Below, piece by piece: positions 10,366 through 19,456 of a stretch of 64,000 nucleotides of DNA; the stretch's first letter is position 1; each line of letters opens with the position of its first letter. The position numbers and the translations under genes are program-made. The DNA is from an uncultured Aminicenantes bacterium (lineage in GTDB: Bacteria > Acidobacteriota > Aminicenantia > UBA2199): the NCBI GenBank assembly GCA_965195285.1, contig CBDAFS010000009.1:1-64000 (forward strand), given 5' to 3'. The notes beneath the pieces were generated by a model that had not been told where the DNA came from, searched no databases, and was given only the letters and a program-made list of their open reading frames with translations.

Positions 10366-10382
10366 TTGGCATTATACTTGCA
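10366..10382 (+). promoter_or_regulatory. sigma54 -24/-12 promoter
   Basis: TTGGCATTATACTTGCA: GG-N10-GC; the operon ends in a sigma54 activator gene. Confidence 0.85.
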
Positions 10383-10415
10383 TCAAATTTGTTTGATAGC
10401 ATTAAGGAGGAAAAG

Positions 10416-11411
10416 ATGCAAAAAAAAATTTTATTAATTGATGATGAGTCATCAATAAGACGGTCATTATCACTGGGTTTGAATCAAAGGGGTTATGATA
10501 CGGAACCTTGCGAGGATGGAATGAATGGGTTAAAAAAACTGGAATTGTTTATCAAAAATGATTTGCCACCGGCAGCAGTGGTGATTGATATTCAACTGCC
10601 GGATATAAATGGTACCCGGTTGGCGAAAATTATTCGGTTTAAATATCCGGGAATTCCTATTATTTTGATTACCGGATACGCCGATAAATTCAATCCTCAG
10701 GAGATTAGAGATTTAAAGGTTAATGCCTTTTTGGAAAAACCTTTTTCAGCAGATGAATTGGCCGATCAATTTGAACGTATTTTGAAGCGACAACCTGAAT
10801 CGAAACCTGTTGTGGATGAAGAGAGGCATGAGGCGAGAAGCGAATCTGCTTACATTCTGGTTAAAACCAATGCCGATGCCGACCTGTTTGAAATATATAG
10901 ACGCATGTATTATATGGATAATGTGGTTTACTGTGACGCTACCAAAGGTGATTATGATATTTTTCTCTTGCTGCAGGGATCAACCCTGGAATTTCTGGAA
11001 AATATCTGTGATACCCAAATCAAGACTATCCAGGGTGTCGAACTGGTTGAATTCTTGCCTATCAGTAATCCAATTCTGGATGAGGCGACTTCCAATGTTA
11101 TTAATATTGCCGAAGATGCATTCTCAGCTGATGGTTTTAATCAGGAAAATAATCGTAATCTGGGAAATCGGGTATGTTCTTATGTTCTAATTGAAGTGGA
11201 AAAGGAGAAACTTGAATCGGTCTATCCATCGTTGAGGTTGAATGAAAACATTGTATACTGTGATTACACCAGTGGAAAATTCAATATAGTGCTTATGATT
11301 CATGGCTCTTATTTCAGTGAGATTGATAAAATCATTCAGGAAAAAATCATTAATCTGGATGGGATTTTGAGGATAAAAGAGTATCCCGTCATCAATCTAT
11401 TTGAAATGTGA
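10416..11411 (+). CDS. response regulator receiver domain fused to two Lrp/AsnC-like ligand-binding domains
   Basis: ILLIDDE, DIQLPD, ITG, KPF; repeated AYILV..VYCDATKGDYDI / SYVLI..VYCDYTSGKFNI; AAGGAGG RBS before ATG 10416. Confidence 0.75.
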   Translation: MQKKILLIDDESSIRRSLSLGLNQRGYDTEPCEDGMNGLKKLELFIKNDLPPAAVVIDIQLPDINGTRLAKIIRFKYPGIPIILITGYADKFNPQEIRDLKVNAFLEKPFSADELADQFERILKRQPESKPVVDEERHEARSESAYILVKTNADADLFEIYRRMYYMDNVVYCDATKGDYDIFLLLQGSTLEFLENICDTQIKTIQGVELVEFLPISNPILDEATSNVINIAEDAFSADGFNQENNRNLGNRVCSYVLIEVEKEKLESVYPSLRLNENIVYCDYTSGKFNIVLMIHGSYFSEIDKIIQEKIINLDGILRIKEYPVINLFEM

Positions 11412-11437
11412 TATCATACTTCGAATTGGAGTTTTAA

Positions 11438-11926
11438 ATGAATGAGTTGAATTCCCCGGTTTTTCAAAAAGAAATAAAAAAGTTTAAGATCGATCTGATT
11501 AACCAGAAGGATAATGACGGAGCACTGATATATTTGCTTCAATCTGCACAGGATTCGTATGGCTATATTCCGGAAAAGGCCATTTACTATATCAGTGAAG
11601 TGGTTGGGCTCCCCGCTGCTGAGATCTACGGTGTAATCACTTTTTATTCTCAGTTTCGGCTGAGGCCCCTAGGCAAATATGTGATAAAAATTTGTGAAGG
11701 AACTGCCTGTCATGTCAATAATGGAAAGAACATCCTGAAATCGCTCCAGAATGAACTGGGGATTTCGGTTGGAGAAACCTCTGCGGATGGACTCTTTTCC
11801 CTGCAATCTGTTGCCTGTTTGGGTTGTTGTTCGCTGGCTCCAGTTATCATGATAAATGATGAAACCCACGGCAATCTCACTCCGAAGAAGGTTCAGGGAA
11901 TTATAAAGAAATTTTGCCAGCATTAA
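11438..11926 (+). CDS. NuoE-like [2Fe-2S] subunit (StnA/BfuC-type)
   Basis: CEGTAC...CLGCC. Confidence 0.9.
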   Translation: MNELNSPVFQKEIKKFKIDLINQKDNDGALIYLLQSAQDSYGYIPEKAIYYISEVVGLPAAEIYGVITFYSQFRLRPLGKYVIKICEGTACHVNNGKNILKSLQNELGISVGETSADGLFSLQSVACLGCCSLAPVIMINDETHGNLTPKKVQGIIKKFCQH

Positions 11927-11967
11927 CGGATTCAGAGGAGGGTTCCATTGTTTAAGGAGAAATAGTA

Positions 11968-13731
11968 ATGAAGGAAATAAGGGTAGGACTGGGAACCTGT
12001 GGAGCTTCTGCTGGAGGTGTTCAGGTTTTTGACCGATTTAAAAAAGAAATCACTCGAAACAAACTGGATGTTATTTTGAAGGAAACCGGGTGTATGGGGA
12101 TGTGTTATGAAGAAGTACTGGTGGAAGTGGTTGAAAATGGATCACATTTCTTATACGGAAGAATAACCCCTGACAAAGTGGACAAGATCATTGAAGAACA
12201 TATTAAACACAATAAACCGGTTTTGGAATGGGTGGTCAATAATCGGGATGAAAGTGAAAAGGAATTATTCTTTAAAAAACAGAAAAGAATTGTTTTAAGA
12301 AACTGCGGAGAAATTGATCCCGGATCGATAGCGGAATATATTGCCCGGGACGGATACCAAGCCATCCAGAAATCCTTGTTTGAAATGTCTCCCGGTGAAG
12401 TTATTGATGTGGTGTATGAGTCCGGCTTGAGGGGAAGGGGTGGCGGAGGATTCTCGACCGGTCTGAAATGGAGATTTGCCCGGAATGCCAGCGGTGATAA
12501 AAAGTATATAATCTGCAATGCCGATGAGGGTGATCCAGGTGCTTTTATGGACCGGAGTGTACTGGAAGGTGATCCGCACTCTGTTTTGGAGGGCATGATG
12601 ATTGCCGGATTTGCAATTGGAGCGGATGAAGCCTATATTTATATCCGGGCTGAATATCCCAAAGCCATCGTGAGACTACAGAATGCGATCAAACAATGCC
12701 GGGAACGGGGTTATCTGGGTAAGGAAATTTTTAATTCCAAAATTGATTTCAATATAAAAATTAAGGAAGGGGCCGGGGCATTTGTCTGCGGAGAAGAGAC
12801 AGCCCTGATTGCTTCCATAGAAGGAAAGAGAGGTCTTCCGAGGATCCGCCCTCCTTTCCCGGCTCAAAGTGGTTTGTGGGGGAAACCGACCAACATCAAT
12901 AATGTAGAAACCTTTGCCAATATACCCTGGATTATTCTGAACGGGGCTGATAAGTTCGCCGGGATGGGAACAGAAAAGAGCAAAGGTACCAAGGTATTTG
13001 CCCTGGCAGGAAAAATTGTCCGCAGCGGATTGGCCGAAGTGCCCATGGGTATGACCATTAATGAAACTGTGTTTGATGTGGGCGGTGGGATAAAAAATAA
13101 CGGTGTATTCAAAGCGGTTCAAATGGGAGGACCTTCCGGGGGATGTATTCCTGCCAGTATGGGAAATCTGAAGATTGATTATGATGAAATCACCAAAACC
13201 GGGGCCATTATGGGGTCCGGAGGTCTGATTGTTTTGGATGAAACCACCTGTATGGTAGACCTGGCAAAATATTTTCTCACTTTTACCCAGAATGAATCCT
13301 GTGGCAAATGTACTTTCTGTAGGATAGGAACCAAACGTATGCTGGAAATACTGGAACGCATAACTTCAGGAGAGGGAAAGGAAGAGGATCTCGATTTGCT
13401 CGAGGATTTGGCCTATAAAATAAAAGACAGCAGCCTTTGTGGACTGGGCCAGACAGCACCCAATCCGGTATTGACGACCTTGAAGTATTTTCGTGATGAA
13501 TATGAAGCCCACATAAAGGAAAAGCGATGTCCGGCTCACAATTGTCCGGCCCTTCTGACCTACCGTATTGAGGCAGACAATTGTCGGGGTTGTACACTGT
13601 GTGCCAAGAAGTGTCCGGTTCAAGCCATAACGGGTGAAGTAAAGAAGGTCCATGTCATTGATCAGGATAAATGCATAAAATGCGGACTCTGTTATGATGT
13701 CTGTGCATTTGAAGCGGTTGAAAAAATATAA
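11968..13731 (+). CDS. NuoF-like FMN/NADH subunit (StnB/BfuB-type)
   Basis: N-terminal thioredoxin-like Fd, GLRGRGGGGF, ADEGDPGAFMD, CGKCTFC, C-terminal 2x[4Fe-4S]. Confidence 0.92.
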   Translation: MKEIRVGLGTCGASAGGVQVFDRFKKEITRNKLDVILKETGCMGMCYEEVLVEVVENGSHFLYGRITPDKVDKIIEEHIKHNKPVLEWVVNNRDESEKELFFKKQKRIVLRNCGEIDPGSIAEYIARDGYQAIQKSLFEMSPGEVIDVVYESGLRGRGGGGFSTGLKWRFARNASGDKKYIICNADEGDPGAFMDRSVLEGDPHSVLEGMMIAGFAIGADEAYIYIRAEYPKAIVRLQNAIKQCRERGYLGKEIFNSKIDFNIKIKEGAGAFVCGEETALIASIEGKRGLPRIRPPFPAQSGLWGKPTNINNVETFANIPWIILNGADKFAGMGTEKSKGTKVFALAGKIVRSGLAEVPMGMTINETVFDVGGGIKNNGVFKAVQMGGPSGGCIPASMGNLKIDYDEITKTGAIMGSGGLIVLDETTCMVDLAKYFLTFTQNESCGKCTFCRIGTKRMLEILERITSGEGKEEDLDLLEDLAYKIKDSSLCGLGQTAPNPVLTTLKYFRDEYEAHIKEKRCPAHNCPALLTYRIEADNCRGCTLCAKKCPVQAITGEVKKVHVIDQDKCIKCGLCYDVCAFEAVEKI

Positions 13732-13751
13732 TCAAGTTGGAGAAAATAAGG

Positions 13752-16700
13752 ATGAAAAATATTGAAGCTACCATTAATGGAAAAGTGATAACCGCAAACT
13801 CGGGCAGAACCATACTGGAAGTGGTCAGAGATCATGAAATCGATGATATCCCCACCTTGTGCTATGATGAGAGAATAGAACCTTACGGGTCTTGTTTTCT
13901 GTGTGTGGTTGAAGTGGAAGGAATGAATAAGCTGGTACCATCCTGTTCGACAAAAGTGAGTGATGGAATGGTAATTAAAACCAATTCCTCCCGGGTGATG
14001 AGTGCCCGGAAAACAGCTCTTGAGCTTCTGCTGTCGAATCATTATGCCGATTGTATCGGGCCCTGTCAGAATAAATGCCCGGCTGGAGTAGATGCTCAGG
14101 GGTATATTGCCCTTATTTCTCTTGGAAAGTATAAAGAAGCGCTTCGCTTGATCAAACAAAACAATCCGCTTCCGTTATCGATCGGGCGGGTTTGTATTCG
14201 GGATTGTGAGGTCGCCTGCAGAAGGAATATTGTTGATGAATCGGTAGCCATTAATGCCCTGAAACGATATGTGGCTGATTTAGATGCCAATGAAATGTGG
14301 AAACCAGAAATAAAGAAACGGGCGGGTAAACGGGTAGCCGTTATCGGCGGTGGGCCTTCAGGTCTGAGCTGTGCTTACTATTTGAATTTAGAGGGCCTTC
14401 AGGTGACCATTTTTGAAAAATTGCCGGAACTGGGAGGAATGCTTCGCTATGGTATTCCCGAGTATCGTCTTCCTAAAAAAATATTATCGGTTGAGATTGA
14501 CTGGATTACCGGACTGGGAATTCAAATTAAAACCAAGGCGGTTCTCGGCCAGGATTTCGATATTCCCGGTTTGAAGGCAGAGGGATATGATGCCGTTTAT
14601 CTGGCTATCGGAGCACACAAAGCCAGCGGAATGAGGCTGGAGCATGAAGAAAACACCCAGGGAGTAATCCGCGGTATTGATTTTCTACGGGACCTACAAC
14701 TCAGTGGAATACCCCGGTTACAGGGAGATGTGGTGGTGGTTGGTGGTGGTAATACGGCCATTGATGCAGCCAGATCTGCTCAGAGATGTGGAGCTGATAC
14801 GGTGAAGATTGTTTATCGTCGCAGTATCAAAGAAATGCCTGCCCATCCTGAGGAGATTGAAGCAGCAGAAAAAGAAGGTGTGGAGTTTTTGTTTTTGTCC
14901 AATCCCAAAAAGATTATTCGCAATGGAAATCGGTTAAAAGCGGTTGAGTGTTTGAAAATGGAGTTAAAAGAGGGAAACCCGGGGGAACGGCCTCGTCCGG
15001 TGGTCATTCCGAATTCAGAATTTGTTTTAAACTGTGATCATCTCATTGCAGCTATCGGCCAGCAGGTTGATACCGCTGTATTTTCAAACGGAAATCACTG
15101 TGATATGGAGAAATGGGGCACTTTGAAAGTTGATCCCCAAAGCCTGCAAACCAGTATAAAAGGGGTTTTTGCCGGGGGAGATGTGGTTACCGGTCCCTGG
15201 ACAGCCATTGCCTCTATCGCCCAGGGAAAAACCGCAGCCAAATCCATTCATTCTTTTCTGGTTAGTGGAGATGTCGGCAAAAATAGTGTTCCATTTATCA
15301 GTCAGAAAAGCCGTTTTGGTTCAATATCAGAGCAGGAAATGTCGTATGTTGAACACATAGGCAGAGAACATATGCCCGAATTGTCTCTGATGGAGAGACA
15401 GAATAATTTTAAAGAGGTTGAACTCGGGTTTGAAAACCACCAGGTGAAGAATGAAACCATAAGATGTCTGGAATGCGGATGTTCTGAATATTATGATTGT
15501 GTGCTCAGAAAATACTGTGATGAATTTGATATTGATATTTCCAACTATATTGGCGAAGTCCGGAAATATAAAGTAGAAGACCAGCATCCGTTTATTAACC
15601 TGGACCTCAATAAGTGTATTAATTGTGGGCTTTGTACCCGAACCTGCTCTGAGGTATTAATGGTTTCGGCACTTGGTTTTATTAACCGGGGTTTTAATGC
15701 GGTTATAAAACCGGCAATGGAGCACCCCCTGATAGCAACCAATTGTATCTCCTGTGGAAATTGTGTTGATGTGTGTCCGACCGGCGCCCTATCAGAAAAA
15801 TTTCCCTTCAAGGTTCTTGGAACTCTGCCCAAGGATGATTATCAGGCCATATGTCATTTTTGTTCAATCGGTTGTAACCTGAATTATAAAGTAATAAATA
15901 GAGAGGTTTTTTATGTGGCTAATTCCACCACTGATGTTTTGAAATCGCACAATAAAGGTTATCTATGTGTCAAGGGCCGGTTTGGTCATCGGTTCCTGCT
16001 GTCTGAGAATCGCCTGCATAAACCCATTGTTAACCAGGATGGCAAATCAAGGGAAGTGAATTGGGAGATTGCTGTTGATTCGGTTGTTAAAAGAGTGAAA
16101 AAAATTGTCCGCAAGCATGGGCCGGATTCTGTTGCCGTTTTTGCCTCACCGAAACTCTCCAATGAAGAAATTTACCTGCTCCAGAAACTGGCCAGGGTTT
16201 CATTGACAACCAACAATATTTCGAGTTTCTCCAACCTTCTTTACCATGAGGATTTTAACAGCCTGGATCAGGCTTTGGGGATGACCGTATCCACAATGAA
16301 TATGGATGAATTGGAAAACTCTGATATTATTGTGGTGATGAATGCAGATCTATCAGATGAAAATTTGGTGATGGAGTTGAAAATAAAAAATGCACAAAAA
16401 AAGGATGCAAAATTGATTCTGATAAATTCTTCTGAAATTAAACTGACCAAATTTACTGATTTGTGGATGGATAGCAGAAGGGGAACTCATACGGCTCTTC
16501 TAAACGGATTTATCAGGGAATTGATAAAAAATGGTCAGGTTGATGAAAGTTTTATTCAGGATCAGACCGAAGGGTTTTCAGGCTTGAAACAGATGGTTTC
16601 AACTTTTAGTAGGGAAAAAGTGTGCCGGCTTACCGGCATCAACAATGAAAAACTCGAACTGTTATACCAATGGCTGGGGAATACCAAAAATAAAATTTCA

Positions 16701-17519
16701 TTTATTTATAATATTGATTCACCTAAAGAGAAATCTGAGGGAGACCTTCAGGCCATTGGTAATTTTCTATTATTGACCAATCGAATTGGAAAAGCAGGAA
16801 ATGGTGTGATTATTCTCCGGGATTATGTCAATTCTGCCGGACTCCTGGATATGGGCGGGATACCCGACTATTTACCCGGTTATGTCTCTGCCGGGAATGA
16901 AGAAGAGATCAAACGCATCGGGAGACTCTGGGGACAAGATCTAAAAAAAATATTCAGGCCGGTGGATTTAAAAAGTCGCTTGCTTGCCGGTGATATTAAA
17001 GCCATGCTGATATTTGGCGAGGATCCCTTATGCTTGAATGAAAATCGGAAATATTTTGGCGGAGTAGAATTTTTGATGGTCTCTGATTTGTTTGAAACGG
17101 CAACGACAAATGAAGCGGATGTTATACTTCCGGCTGCTTCCTATATTGAGCAGGATGGAACTTATACTGCCTGTGACCGAAGACTTCAAAAAGTAAACCG
17201 GATTTTTTATCCCCGAAATGGTTTTCAGAACTGGGAAATAATTCTGAAATTGTCCAAAGGCTTTGGAATACAATTCCCGTATAAATCTCCTGACGAAATA
17301 CTGGATGAGATTCGAACGGTTAACCGTTGTTATCATGGTTGTGAGATAGATCATTTCTGGGGGGCAGGGTTGTTTAAAGAAGGATATTATACTCCGGACA
17401 ACAAAGCCCATTTTTCCATATTTGCTTCTGGCATCACCACCCAAAATCCTGAGAAATCCAGTATTTTGTTTTCGGAAAATTATTTCAAATTAAAAATTAA
17501 ACGATATTTAATGTTATAA
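13752..17519 (+). CDS. large Fe-S/FAD subunit: [2Fe-2S] + GltD/NfnB-like + Fdh-like domain (StnC-type)
   Basis: CYD..SCFLC..PSC; GGGPSG; GGGNTA; VYRRS; two CxxCxxCxxxC; CHFCSIGC..LCVKG; no Cys/Sec at the Fdh active-site position. Confidence 0.8.
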   Translation: MKNIEATINGKVITANSGRTILEVVRDHEIDDIPTLCYDERIEPYGSCFLCVVEVEGMNKLVPSCSTKVSDGMVIKTNSSRVMSARKTALELLLSNHYADCIGPCQNKCPAGVDAQGYIALISLGKYKEALRLIKQNNPLPLSIGRVCIRDCEVACRRNIVDESVAINALKRYVADLDANEMWKPEIKKRAGKRVAVIGGGPSGLSCAYYLNLEGLQVTIFEKLPELGGMLRYGIPEYRLPKKILSVEIDWITGLGIQIKTKAVLGQDFDIPGLKAEGYDAVYLAIGAHKASGMRLEHEENTQGVIRGIDFLRDLQLSGIPRLQGDVVVVGGGNTAIDAARSAQRCGADTVKIVYRRSIKEMPAHPEEIEAAEKEGVEFLFLSNPKKIIRNGNRLKAVECLKMELKEGNPGERPRPVVIPNSEFVLNCDHLIAAIGQQVDTAVFSNGNHCDMEKWGTLKVDPQSLQTSIKGVFAGGDVVTGPWTAIASIAQGKTAAKSIHSFLVSGDVGKNSVPFISQKSRFGSISEQEMSYVEHIGREHMPELSLMERQNNFKEVELGFENHQVKNETIRCLECGCSEYYDCVLRKYCDEFDIDISNYIGEVRKYKVEDQHPFINLDLNKCINCGLCTRTCSEVLMVSALGFINRGFNAVIKPAMEHPLIATNCISCGNCVDVCPTGALSEKFPFKVLGTLPKDDYQAICHFCSIGCNLNYKVINREVFYVANSTTDVLKSHNKGYLCVKGRFGHRFLLSENRLHKPIVNQDGKSREVNWEIAVDSVVKRVKKIVRKHGPDSVAVFASPKLSNEEIYLLQKLARVSLTTNNISSFSNLLYHEDFNSLDQALGMTVSTMNMDELENSDIIVVMNADLSDENLVMELKIKNAQKKDAKLILINSSEIKLTKFTDLWMDSRRGTHTALLNGFIRELIKNGQVDESFIQDQTEGFSGLKQMVSTFSREKVCRLTGINNEKLELLYQWLGNTKNKISFIYNIDSPKEKSEGDLQAIGNFLLLTNRIGKAGNGVIILRDYVNSAGLLDMGGIPDYLPGYVSAGNEEEIKRIGRLWGQDLKKIFRPVDLKSRLLAGDIKAMLIFGEDPLCLNENRKYFGGVEFLMVSDLFETATTNEADVILPAASYIEQDGTYTACDRRLQKVNRIFYPRNGFQNWEIILKLSKGFGIQFPYKSPDEILDEIRTVNRCYHGCEIDHFWGAGLFKEGYYTPDNKAHFSIFASGITTQNPEKSSILFSENYFKLKIKRYLML

Positions 17520-17530
17520 TATCAGTATAA

Positions 17531-19456
17531 ATGAGTGATTTGAGAAACATACACCTGGTTTTTGAACTATTAAATTATATATTGATTTTAGATGAGAACA
17601 ATCATATCGTTTATACCGGGGATGACATTGAAGGGGTTTTATTTGAAACCCACAATAGCAAAGATAATACATTTCTAAATAATTTTTCCCAGGCAAATGA
17701 GAGAAGACTATGGCAAGAAAAAATAAATGAAGTCAGACAAAACAAACGTCCCAATTCATTAAAGATTGAACGAATTCAGAAAACGCTGTTTCTGTTTCCG
17801 GTAAATCTGAATGAAACCCAGAATGTCATCATCTCAACCGAGGAAAAAATCCTGCAAACCAGTAGAATTCAATTGGATTTAAAAGAGAGGGTAAAAGAAA
17901 TCCAATGTCTTTATTCAATAAGTTCGGAACTGGAAAACAGTGAGAAAACGAGTGAAACCCTGCCCAATTGTATACAACCTTTAATTAAGGGATTTCAGTT
18001 TTCGGAATTTACCGCAGTAAGGATTTTAATAGATGGGCAGTCATATGGCGACTGGAAGGGTTGTTCCGGTCAGGCCAAGAATGTACTCAAAGAAGAGGTT
18101 ATTGTAAACAAATTAATCCGGGGAACGATCGAGGTTTGCTATTTCAAGAAGGCGATTTTTCTGAAAGAAGAAAAGGAATTAATTAAAGAGATTGCTACCA
18201 TGATTGCCAAAGCTCTTGAGAAGCAGGATTTAAAGATTGAATTACAAATTCATCTGGAAAAGCTTCAGGACCTGGTAAAGGATCTGGAAAAACAAAAAAA
18301 AGTATTACTGATGAAAAATAAGAAGTTACTGGAATTGGGAGAAGAATGCAGCAACCGCCGGCAACATATGGAATCACTGTTTAATGCTATTACCGATACC
18401 ATTGTGGTGATTGATTCGGAATTTAATATACTCATGTCCAACAAGGAAGATATTGGGAATTCAGGTAAATGCTATGAAAAAATATTTGAAATTGATAGTC
18501 CCTGCCTTGATTGTCCGGCAAAAATATCGTTTCAGGAAGGCGAATCAATTTCTGTAGAAAAGGTGGTATCAAATCAATATTTTCTTTTGAATGATTATCC
18601 GATAGTAAACAGTTCCGGTCAGGTGGAAAGTGTTCTGGAAATTTGCAGCAACATTACCAAAGAAAAACAGATGGAATTTCAACTTTTGCAATCCTATAAA
18701 CTGGCATCTTTGGGAAAGCTCGTGGCCGGTGTTGCTCATGAAATAAACAATCCCAATACTTTCATCAGGGGTAATATAAAAATAATGAAAGAGTCGTTTG
18801 ATGATATTTTTCCTATCATAGACAGCTATTATGACCAACGCCAAGAATTGAGAATTGCCCGACTGGATTATAATGTGTTCAGGGAAAATATCCCCATTCT
18901 TTTGGATGATATGGTTGAGGGGGCCAATCGTATCAAGAAGATTGTCGATGGTTTGAGAAATTTCGCCAGAAAAGACGAAGAATCACTGGAAGAGAATGTT
19001 AACATCAATCATGTGGTCAACAACAGCTATCGATTGGTTGAAACTCAATTAAGGAAAACGGCAAAATTGAAGTTGAAGCTTGGATCTGAAATCCCCGAGT
19101 TTAAAGGAAATTGCCAGAAGCTGGAGCAGGTTGTGGTTAATATGTTGATTAATGCTTCCCAGGCCATTGAAAATGGAAAGGGGTATATCCAGGTGGAAAC
19201 GAAGTTCGATAAAGAGAACAATGAAATCATTGTCCATATTGAGGATAATGGAAAGGGCATTGATGAGAAAGCAATAAAGAATATTTTTGATCCGTTTTTT
19301 ACCACCAAGCGAGATAAAGGAGGCACCGGATTGGGTCTATCCATCACTTATGGAATTATAAAAGAACACCGGGGATGCATTGAAGTGGATAGCCGGTTGG
19401 GTCAGGGCACAAGATTCACCATTCATTTCCCCTTGGCTCACCAGGAGGCATTGTGA
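17531..19456 (+). CDS. cytoplasmic sensor histidine kinase (GAF-like/PAS)
   Basis: AHEINNP H-box, N box, DNGKG, PFFTTK, GTGLGL; no TM segment. Confidence 0.92.
   Translation: MSDLRNIHLVFELLNYILILDENNHIVYTGDDIEGVLFETHNSKDNTFLNNFSQANERRLWQEKINEVRQNKRPNSLKIERIQKTLFLFPVNLNETQNVIISTEEKILQTSRIQLDLKERVKEIQCLYSISSELENSEKTSETLPNCIQPLIKGFQFSEFTAVRILIDGQSYGDWKGCSGQAKNVLKEEVIVNKLIRGTIEVCYFKKAIFLKEEKELIKEIATMIAKALEKQDLKIELQIHLEKLQDLVKDLEKQKKVLLMKNKKLLELGEECSNRRQHMESLFNAITDTIVVIDSEFNILMSNKEDIGNSGKCYEKIFEIDSPCLDCPAKISFQEGESISVEKVVSNQYFLLNDYPIVNSSGQVESVLEICSNITKEKQMEFQLLQSYKLASLGKLVAGVAHEINNPNTFIRGNIKIMKESFDDIFPIIDSYYDQRQELRIARLDYNVFRENIPILLDDMVEGANRIKKIVDGLRNFARKDEESLEENVNINHVVNNSYRLVETQLRKTAKLKLKLGSEIPEFKGNCQKLEQVVVNMLINASQAIENGKGYIQVETKFDKENNEIIVHIEDNGKGIDEKAIKNIFDPFFTTKRDKGGTGLGLSITYGIIKEHRGCIEVDSRLGQGTRFTIHFPLAHQEAL

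Noticed and set aside
11438-13731. Complex I nuoEF or [FeFe]-hydrogenase
   Set aside because: No membrane nuo genes and no H-cluster motifs in the large subunit
13752-17519. Formate dehydrogenase or selenoprotein call
   Set aside because: No Cys or in-frame TGA at the Mo-ligand position and no fdhD or Moco genes nearby
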